From sequence record MW825358.1: DNA of 64,000 bases; one strand, 5' to 3'. Numbering within the stretch: position 1 is the stretch's first letter; every line of letters starts with the position of its first letter. Below are positions 8,847-16,349 of the stretch, piece after piece. The notes under the pieces are model-generated. The model made no database searches. It saw only the letters and a program-made list of their open reading frames with translations, and was not told the DNA's origin. Both the position numbers and the translations under genes were made by a program.

Positions 8847-9673
8847 TGAGTCTGTACGTCTGTGCAGGCACCGCGCACGACCTTGCACGCCGGGCCCTTG
8901 CGGCCCGGCTGTATGTTCCCACAGGGGCGCTGGTGCACTGTCTTGAAGAGATTGCCGATGAATATCGACTGGGTTGTACGGTGGGTTTGCTCACCGATGG
9001 AACCCATGATTTTGGCGTGGGGTTGGTAAATAATGACGGCCAAGTCAGTGTCTATGTAGCTTCAGATGCACGTGGAAAAGGCTGGGGTGAAAAGCTGGTC
9101 CAACTGGTCAAGATCGCCCACCCTGACCAGTCTTTGGAGTGGTTCGCTCTACCCAGCGATAACGCCACCGCAGGCGCCCGTTTCTGGAAGCGCTGTGGAA
9201 TCCCGTTGCGCTCACACGGCCTGGCCCCGCCCATGACGGCGGCCGAGCGCAAGCGCTTTACCAAAGACCGGCGTGTCTTGATAGACCGGCAAAGCGATAA
9301 CGTGACCATGGACGTGTACGAAACACTGTACATCGAACAGCTCTATGGGGATGACTATTCAGAGCTGCATGATGGCATTCGGGGTAAGCTGCATTATATC
9401 TTCGAAGAGAACATCGCCCCCTTTGATCATCTCCTGTTCCACTATGCACAGGGCTATGAAAGTTGCGCCATGCTCACTGAGCGCGGCGATGGTCGCGTTG
9501 AGCTGCAGTTGTATGTCCGCCCTGAATACCGCCGCAAGGGACTAGGTCAGCAGATTATCGACCGTGCCAAGGAACTGTATCCTGAGCAGCCCTTGTACGG
9601 TTATCACACCGAGACCTCCACCCATCTGCTCACCCGCAATGAGATCTTAGATCTGAAACGGACACCAGAATGA
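8843..9673 (+). CDS. tandem GNAT-like acetyltransferase
   Basis: Two acetyl-CoA-binding motif A copies: VYVASDARGKGWGEKL and LYVRPEYRRKGLGQQII. Confidence 0.65.
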   Translation: MMSLYVCAGTAHDLARRALAARLYVPTGALVHCLEEIADEYRLGCTVGLLTDGTHDFGVGLVNNDGQVSVYVASDARGKGWGEKLVQLVKIAHPDQSLEWFALPSDNATAGARFWKRCGIPLRSHGLAPPMTAAERKRFTKDRRVLIDRQSDNVTMDVYETLYIEQLYGDDYSELHDGIRGKLHYIFEENIAPFDHLLFHYAQGYESCAMLTERGDGRVELQLYVRPEYRRKGLGQQIIDRAKELYPEQPLYGYHTETSTHLLTRNEILDLKRTPE

Positions 9674-10074
9674 GTCAAGACATCGAACAACGCAAGACTG
9701 AAATCTTCAGTAAGATCCTGCAAGCCTTAACCGCCATGGCCACGGCCGCCAAGACCTTAGAGCCAGGCAAGATCTTCCAAGGTAGCTTACCAGGCCTTCA
9801 AGTCTTGCTGGCTGAGCAAGACCAAGTGCGCTTTAATGAGGACATGGTCCAGTGTGTGACCATGACCAGTGAGTACCGCTACTTGCTGGAGCCTTCAGTG
9901 GTGGCTACCGGGATGCTGGTGCACTATGCCCAGTTTCTTGCCACTCAGTTGGGAAAGGGGTTGGAGCACTACGATCCGGCCGGTGTACCTACGCAGTTGA
10001 TGTTTGAGATCGATCACCAATACATGGCGGTGGCGCAGATCACCTGGGCCTATTCGGTCAAAGGCGCCATATAA
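9670..10074 (+). CDS. hypothetical protein
   Basis: ATGA overlap, 134 aa, followed by a hairpin. Confidence 0.65.
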   Translation: MSQDIEQRKTEIFSKILQALTAMATAAKTLEPGKIFQGSLPGLQVLLAEQDQVRFNEDMVQCVTMTSEYRYLLEPSVVATGMLVHYAQFLATQLGKGLEHYDPAGVPTQLMFEIDHQYMAVAQITWAYSVKGAI

Positions 10075-10149
10075 GTCCTACCGGGCCACCCAGTAGGACT
10101 ATCGAAATGAAATTTTAACAATTGGCCTTTTCGAATCGAGAGAGAAGAC

Positions 10150-10650
10150 ATGCAAACCGTTTTTGTCACGCTAACTCCCAAGGCAGGCTGGAGCTTGATG
10201 AGTCTGTTTCACGCTTGGGTCTTTGATCACTACGCCGAACCGAATGATCCTGAGATCCTGCAAGACGTCTCGAATCTACACTTCATCGTGCAAGGCGATG
10301 GGCACAGCTACGGACATATCGTGGACTTCCTCGACAGAGCCGGGGCGATTGCCACCGCAGCGCATATGGGGCAGTTGTCCTTGGACTACACCCGGGAACC
10401 CTTTAAAGGCATGGGGCAGTTGAATCGCGACCTGATCCGTGTCATGCGCACGATGGAAGGTCCCAACAAATTTGTGGAGATCAGTAGCGACAGCGTCCTG
10501 TCCAAGGCCTGTGTGGTGGACCTGATCCGCGCCCAGCACGAACGTATCCTTGAGCTGGAGGCTGAAATACAGAGCCGACCCTTAGAGATTGAGAAGAACC
10601 GTACCGCCATTACCCACACCTCCGCCCTACTACCAAAAGAACACCCATGA
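10150..10650 (+). CDS. hypothetical protein
   Basis: 166-aa ORF, ATGA overlap with the next gene. Confidence 0.65.
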   Translation: MQTVFVTLTPKAGWSLMSLFHAWVFDHYAEPNDPEILQDVSNLHFIVQGDGHSYGHIVDFLDRAGAIATAAHMGQLSLDYTREPFKGMGQLNRDLIRVMRTMEGPNKFVEISSDSVLSKACVVDLIRAQHERILELEAEIQSRPLEIEKNRTAITHTSALLPKEHP

Positions 10651-11501
10651 ATCGATACCACGAATCAGACAACGAAATCAACATTTTCGTGTCCAAGCCC
10701 GCCATTGCCATTTACGCGCTGATCGTCCTCTTGCTGGCCACTTGGATCTTTGGTCCATTCAAGCGAGTCAAGACTGAAGTCGGTAACCAGACAGTGGTGG
10801 TGGACACGCCGCTGATCTTCGGCGCCGGTGGTGTGCGTGATAAAGCTCTGGAGCCGGGTGCCGAATGGATCTGGAGTACCACCAAGCTTTACTCGGTCAA
10901 CCCTAAGCCGTTCATTATTTCCCGCGCTATCGATGACTTTGTCTCGGTGGACAACATCTTGCTGGACTTTGAATCCACAGTCACCGTGCAGGTCACCGAC
11001 TGGCCGCGCATGATGAAGGAGTTCGGTCCGGAATGGTGGAAGAACAATCTGGAACGTCCTTACTTTTCCTTCGTACGTGAGGAAATCAAGGTCCGTTCGA
11101 TGAAAGAGATGATGTCCTCCACCACCGTGTCCAAGGAAGTCGATGACAGCCTGACCACAGCGTTGACCAACAAGGTCAAGGAGTTGAATCTGCCGGTGCG
11201 GATTGTGGAGATCAACTTAGGGCGTGCCAAGCCCAACGCCAAGATCCTGGAGCAGATGAACGATACGGCCGCCGAGCAGCAACGTTTGCTGACACTGGAG
11301 CAGTCACGCCTGGCTGAAATCAAGCGTGCCCAGCAGCAAGAGGCCAAGGCCATTGCCGATAACGCCTACCGTAACAAGATCGGTCTGAATGTCAGTGAGT
11401 TTGTCCAGCTACAGTTGGCCGATAAACAGATTGAAGCCTGTAAGGGTGCCAAGGAGTGTGTGTTCTTGCCGGTGGGTACACCCGCTGTGGTCGGTCGTTG
11501 A
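10647..11501 (+). CDS. SPFH/band-7 (prohibitin-like) membrane protein
   Basis: N-terminal TM helix, LEPGAEW, DNILLDFESTV, coiled-coil C-terminus AEQQR..AKAIADNAY. Confidence 0.85.
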   Translation: MNRYHESDNEINIFVSKPAIAIYALIVLLLATWIFGPFKRVKTEVGNQTVVVDTPLIFGAGGVRDKALEPGAEWIWSTTKLYSVNPKPFIISRAIDDFVSVDNILLDFESTVTVQVTDWPRMMKEFGPEWWKNNLERPYFSFVREEIKVRSMKEMMSSTTVSKEVDDSLTTALTNKVKELNLPVRIVEINLGRAKPNAKILEQMNDTAAEQQRLLTLEQSRLAEIKRAQQQEAKAIADNAYRNKIGLNVSEFVQLQLADKQIEACKGAKECVFLPVGTPAVVGR

Positions 11502-11549
11502 TTGAACGAGGGGTCTTTACAGACCCCTCCCCTAACGAAGGACATACCC

Positions 11550-11984
11550 ATGTTTGTTCTGAAGAAAGACGGCTCTAAGGAACCGTTTGATCTGTCCAAG
11601 ATCCCGTCTGTGATCATGACTGCATGTGATCCCGGCGCACCAAGCGGTGATCAAACAGCATTTAGCTGGCAGCTTGATCTGTCCCGTATCACCTGGCGTA
11701 TGCGTGTGCGGATCTTGCCAGATTTCTATCGACCCGCCTTTCTCACGCATGGTCCGGAGACACCCCACACCGGCACGTCCTTGGCCGAGATCTTAGAGCA
11801 AATCCGGCAACTGCACACCAAGCACCTGGGAAAGGTCGCCTTGAGCTTTACCCGTGATCACGAAGAGTTCTATTCCCTAGGGACTCATCGTGAGGAAAGT
11901 CAGGACGAGTTTATCACTAAGTGTGGCGAACGCATTACTTGGTTCTGTGAACGCCATCAGATCCCGTTGTCCCGTGGAGGGTAA
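11550..11984 (+). CDS. protein with an ATP-cone-like N-terminus
   Basis: AAGGA SD; MFVLKKDGSKEPFDLSKI matches the ATP-cone start (compare NrdA IIKRDGTVEPFEADKI). Confidence 0.6.
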   Translation: MFVLKKDGSKEPFDLSKIPSVIMTACDPGAPSGDQTAFSWQLDLSRITWRMRVRILPDFYRPAFLTHGPETPHTGTSLAEILEQIRQLHTKHLGKVALSFTRDHEEFYSLGTHREESQDEFITKCGERITWFCERHQIPLSRGG

Positions 11985-12034
11985 CTCCCGTTAACGCAGG
12001 CACGTCAGTCCTGCACCCAAGCCTAGGAAACATA

Positions 12035-12880
12035 ATGGACCATACTAAAGGATTCCAGATCCCACCCGGGATTCTGCCTGAGGTCACTATGCTCGCACCT
12101 GGATTGGCCTTGTTGTTCCACAGTACGCGACTTGATGTGCGCACCTTGGAGAAAGGTCTCCAGTTTCTCATCGATGGACTCTATCCACTCGGAGTCTATC
12201 CGGCCTTTGTTGAAATCGACACCTCCAAAGAAAAATTGGAGTACGTTTTAGGTCGACTGGACAGGATGCGGAAAGAAGCTCTGGAAAACAACCGAGTGAT
12301 CTTTGCTTGCACACCCTTGTTTGAACCACGCCGAACCACGTTAAGCGAACAGGCCGAACATGTGTTCCACTTGCTGGACCATCTCGGCGGTGCGTGTTTA
12401 ATCACCGACAAGTGCAATGGCCAACCAATGGGCTCGCCATTGCCGGGCCTGCGCACCTTCTTGTACCTACCCCCGCCTCGTATGGCACCGCCAGCCCGTA
12501 AGGTCGTGGGGATGGCCTTGCCGGTGGGGATGACCCCTGAGGTCGCGCAAGAGGTCCTTGAGCGTTATCAGGAAGAGCAAGATCGCAAGAAGAATGCAAG
12601 GTTGTTTGGTTACATCTTCCGCGGTAACCACACCACACGGTTGCTGGATGATATCGACTTTACTCGAGGACATCAAGCCATTGCCGAGATCTTAGAGGTC
12701 GTCGACAAAGAACTGATGGACTACGGTCACGATCTGACGGTGGGATTCAAGAAGTCTGGCGAGGAGATCTTTGCCTACGTCTCTGAGTACGAGCAACCGT
12801 ACGAAGAATACCTCAGCAACTTGCGTACCAAACTCACTACGTTCTTCACTCAACAAGGCCTGATCCATGAATCCGCTTAA
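12035..12880 (+). CDS. hypothetical protein
   Basis: 281 aa, AGGA SD. Confidence 0.7.
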   Translation: MDHTKGFQIPPGILPEVTMLAPGLALLFHSTRLDVRTLEKGLQFLIDGLYPLGVYPAFVEIDTSKEKLEYVLGRLDRMRKEALENNRVIFACTPLFEPRRTTLSEQAEHVFHLLDHLGGACLITDKCNGQPMGSPLPGLRTFLYLPPPRMAPPARKVVGMALPVGMTPEVAQEVLERYQEEQDRKKNARLFGYIFRGNHTTRLLDDIDFTRGHQAIAEILEVVDKELMDYGHDLTVGFKKSGEEIFAYVSEYEQPYEEYLSNLRTKLTTFFTQQGLIHESA

Positions 12881-13472
12881 TACTCTTGGCGAAATCGCCG
12901 ACGCTGTAGGTGGTAAACTCACTGAGGTGGGAATGCATCCAGATGGAGAAAGTGGCTTTGCCATGCTCTCCATGCCCCTGCCCGCCGACCATTGGCTCTA
13001 TGAGACCACCGAGGATGGCTATACGCCCCCGCCTCAGTTCCCGCTGCTGGCTGGTAAAGACTCTAAGGCTCGAGACTACCTGAGTCGGATCATCGATGAG
13101 GGAGTGCGCCACGGGTTTAAGTCAGCCAGTGACAACGGCCGTCTAGAGGATATCGACCCAGATGCGCTGCTGCAAAACACCGGCGTCGGTTTGTTTGGCT
13201 ACCATACACCCAATGGCCTGTCCTACAACCTCGATGGTACCCCCGACATCGACAATCCCAAATTACCCGGCGATCTGGGTGAGGTTGTGCTGGAAACCTT
13301 GAAGCTGTTGATCTTAGACGGCCTGGTTTCGGTCAACGAAGTCCACAAGGCGGTGGAAGATCCGTCAATCGCGCAGGCCCTGACCGAATGGCGGACACGA
13401 CAAGACCAGCGCCAACGTGAGTATGAACGTTGGCGCGAAAAGCACGGTGTCGCCCAGGACGTTCCAGGCTGA
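12867..13472 (+). CDS. hypothetical phage protein
   Basis: 201 aa; SMPLPADHWLY motif recalled from other phage hypotheticals. Confidence 0.7.
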   Translation: MNPLNTLGEIADAVGGKLTEVGMHPDGESGFAMLSMPLPADHWLYETTEDGYTPPPQFPLLAGKDSKARDYLSRIIDEGVRHGFKSASDNGRLEDIDPDALLQNTGVGLFGYHTPNGLSYNLDGTPDIDNPKLPGDLGEVVLETLKLLILDGLVSVNEVHKAVEDPSIAQALTEWRTRQDQRQREYERWREKHGVAQDVPG

Positions 13473-13596
13473 TTGGACCGACTGACCACGACAGGCCTAG
13501 GGTTTCCTAGGCCTGTCTGTAAAACCTAATTTGTTTTGCCCTAAGGTATATGAGCCACAACTCATCTACCTACTTCGTTTACTCAAGGAACTAGCA

Positions 13597-13947
13597 ATGC
13601 AACTGCTTAGCGCAACCAGCGTCGATCATTTTAACCAGATGACGAGCGAAAACGATCAAGTCCTAGCCATCTTTAGCCGCAATAACTGCCCGGCTTGCGA
13701 TGCGCTCTCCAAAGCCCTGGACACCAATGCTGAGCTGCAAGCTGCGCTCGCGGGTGTGACGGTGGTCAAGGTCAAGATGGAAGAAGTTGGTTCTGCCATG
13801 TTCGCGACCTTTGGTCTGCGGATGGCCCCTTCGATGTTGCTGTTTAAGTGTGATGATGAGGTTGCCCGCCTCGCCGGTTTTACTGCTGTCGGTCCGCTAC
13901 TGGACAAACTCAATACCAATTTCAGCGCATTGGCCCAAGCGGCCTAA
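13597..13947 (+). CDS. trxA: thioredoxin-like protein
   Basis: CPAC active-site CxxC and cis-Pro motif (RMAPSMLLFK); AAGGA SD before ATG 13597. Confidence 0.85.
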   Translation: MQLLSATSVDHFNQMTSENDQVLAIFSRNNCPACDALSKALDTNAELQAALAGVTVVKVKMEEVGSAMFATFGLRMAPSMLLFKCDDEVARLAGFTAVGPLLDKLNTNFSALAQAA

Positions 13948-13994
13948 CGCGCCGTAGCGTCCGCCTTCTCCCCAAGCGGGAGGGGCGGGCGTAT

Positions 13995-14489
13995 ATGCCG
14001 TCGATTTATTTTTTACCGCACTTTGTGAAGGGTATGTATCCTCTATTCGCCAACACCATGAACACCACCTACGTCGACGCTAACCTCACCCTGCGCCCCA
14101 CTGCCACCCCCTTTATGCGTCAGGTGTTGCGGTCTATGGCTCAGCCGGATAACCCCAATGTGGCACTGATCGATCCGGCGCGCCTGCCTGTCCACCCGCT
14201 GTTTCACGATCAGCGCTGGACGCACATCTTCTGCAAGGTCCTAAAGTTGAGCACCACCAGTGCCGGTGTGCTCAAGATCCGTCTGTTGGGCGATATGGAC
14301 GGAGATGAGCAAGACGTGTGGCGCCTGCTGGACTGGCTCTTGCCTGCGACCTCCGTGGTCAGACAGTCGCGCTTTCGCAGGACCACCCTGGCCCGGGTCC
14401 GGCACTGCAACCGACCTGTTGGACATGAGGTGGTCTACTATCGACGCAACAATATGATCGATATGGATTACGTCACTCCTGGGAGTTAA
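13995..14489 (+). CDS. hypothetical protein (start uncertain; 14034 or 14058 more likely)
   Basis: Open ORF; the track ATG is the TATG of the upstream hairpin element. Confidence 0.55.
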   Translation: MPSIYFLPHFVKGMYPLFANTMNTTYVDANLTLRPTATPFMRQVLRSMAQPDNPNVALIDPARLPVHPLFHDQRWTHIFCKVLKLSTTSAGVLKIRLLGDMDGDEQDVWRLLDWLLPATSVVRQSRFRRTTLARVRHCNRPVGHEVVYYRRNNMIDMDYVTPGS

Positions 14490-14490
14490 G

Positions 14491-14781
14491 ATGAACGTGG
14501 TAAACAAAGCCCTGACGATCTACGATCGCATGGGCAATATCAACCTGTACCCCTTGGCCAGCAAAGACGCCACGCTGCGTGTGCGCCTGTTGAAAGATGG
14601 CAGCCTAGAAGCGGTCGGGCGTGCGGTAGGCGGGGCCTGGAGCGCCACTGAGGTGCTTGTGTGTGCCAAGTTCCTTGACGCTCTGCGCCAGTATCTGACC
14701 AAGACCCAGAACTACGGGTATCACTACCTGGTTGAGGCCAATATCAAACTGGTCAACCAGCGCTACACTCGTTCCAAGTAA
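14491..14781 (+). CDS. hypothetical protein
   Basis: GGGAG SD, tight packing. Confidence 0.55.
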   Translation: MNVVNKALTIYDRMGNINLYPLASKDATLRVRLLKDGSLEAVGRAVGGAWSATEVLVCAKFLDALRQYLTKTQNYGYHYLVEANIKLVNQRYTRSK

Positions 14782-14887
14782 ACGCACTGTGGAAACGTTT
14801 TGACGTTGTAAGTTCCATTGTATGGAGAGAGAACTCCAAATGCCCCCACGCACGGGGATCAGCTAAAAACCACACAGGGTCACTCCC

Positions 14888-15673
14888 ATGGCAAAGCCGA
14901 AAAAGTCCAGCCGTCGTTCGAGCCGCGAGGAAATTCAAGAGTTGGAGGCCACTGGCCGTCAACCCCTTCGCTCGTCGAAAACATCCAAGTCTGCCCAGCG
15001 TCGGGCAGATGAAGCTTGGAACCGGTCCTCCAATAAACCGCTGACATGCAAGAACGAGGCTCAGAAGAACTATCTGGCCACCATTCGTTCGAACATGCTT
15101 ACCATCGGTGTTGGACCCGCGGGTACTGGTAAGACCTATGTGTGCACCAAGTTTGCTGCAATTGAGTTAGACGAAGGGCGAGCGGACGGCATTGTGGTCG
15201 TCCGGCCGATCGTCGAGGCTGGTGGTGGTATCGGTTTCCTGCCCGGTGATGTGGCAGACAAGACCGCCCCCTACCAGGTCCCGTTCATGGAGGTGCTCGA
15301 AGAGCACTACGGTAAGTCGCATCTGGAAAACCTGGTCAACGGCACCTACCCCAAGGTGGTGTTCATTGCCCCGGAGTTCATTCGTGGTCGCACCTTTGCA
15401 AACAAGGTGGTGATCTTGGATGAAGCCCAGAACATGACCCCGCTCCAGATGAAGACCTTCCTGACCCGTATCGGTGAAGGCTCCAAAGTCATCATCAACG
15501 GCGACATTGATCAGGTGGATATCACAGGTCCTTCGGGCCTGAAAGATGCCATGGACAAGCTGCAAGGACTGACTGATGTCGGCATTGCAGAGTTCACCGA
15601 AGACGACATCGTGCGTTCGGGCCTGGTCAAGGATATCCTCAAGCGCTATCGCAGCCACAACGCCTTTGCCTAA
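14888..15673 (+). CDS. phoH: PhoH-family ATPase
   Basis: GPAGTGKT, RPIVEAG..IGFLPGD, IRGRTF, ILDEAQN, LTRIGEGSK, GDIDQVD, DIVRSGLV. Confidence 0.96.
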   Translation: MAKPKKSSRRSSREEIQELEATGRQPLRSSKTSKSAQRRADEAWNRSSNKPLTCKNEAQKNYLATIRSNMLTIGVGPAGTGKTYVCTKFAAIELDEGRADGIVVVRPIVEAGGGIGFLPGDVADKTAPYQVPFMEVLEEHYGKSHLENLVNGTYPKVVFIAPEFIRGRTFANKVVILDEAQNMTPLQMKTFLTRIGEGSKVIINGDIDQVDITGPSGLKDAMDKLQGLTDVGIAEFTEDDIVRSGLVKDILKRYRSHNAFA

Positions 15674-15779
15674 TTCCGTTTAGGTCAGGCTCTAACACAA
15701 CTTAGTTAAGTCCATGGAAGCCCCTCCCACCCAGCCCGGTGGGAGGGGATGTGTTTTGCTTGTTTAGGAATTAACGGCC

Positions 15780-16052
15780 ATGAGCCAGTATGCCTGCTCC
15801 AAAATCCGAACCATCACCCATTGCACCCACTGTGCTTGGTGTCAGGACATCGGACGCACGTTCCGTAAGAAGCACAAGTTCCTCAAGGCGCCCAAGCGCT
15901 GTCCGTTGTGTGACCATGCCCTTAAGCGCACCATTGGCCAATTTATCTACCGGCAGATCACCTCGTTGCTGGGGTTGGGGCATCGCTGGCAGGTCAAAGG
16001 CTTTGTGGAGCCTGAGCAGATCACCCAATTTGGGGTCTTGACCACCGTTTAA
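15780..16052 (+). CDS. small Cys-rich (zinc-ribbon-like) basic protein
   Basis: CTHCAWC and CPLC motifs. Confidence 0.5.
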   Translation: MSQYACSKIRTITHCTHCAWCQDIGRTFRKKHKFLKAPKRCPLCDHALKRTIGQFIYRQITSLLGLGHRWQVKGFVEPEQITQFGVLTTV

Positions 16053-16349
16053 AAGACATTCCTACCCTCCTGAGACGGCCTTTGTTAGGGCTGCCTCAGG
16101 AGGGTGTATGTTGTCGATTTGTTTTGTGCCTATTGGTATGTGCAAACTCTTTTCTTGTCCTGCATACATCGCTGAACGACCTTCACGAACCGGTCTTCAG
16201 CAACAAGGTTTGTGCCCTCTAGTACCGAGTGTAAAAAATTCTCAGGTCCCACTAGGGTATGCAGTGAGTCTGTCTAGACCACACATGGTTCGCTTTTCAT
16301 CAGTTGGCTCAAGCCCTGCCCGCTGACGCCTTTCTCCTTAGGAAACACA

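Noticed and set aside
13995-13997. ORF-track starts at 13995, 39680, 42201, 55263 and 60557
   Set aside because: These codons lie in or just after intergenic hairpins (often the TATG flank), not behind SD sequences; downstream starts were preferred where identifiable, and the 55263 ORF was rejected
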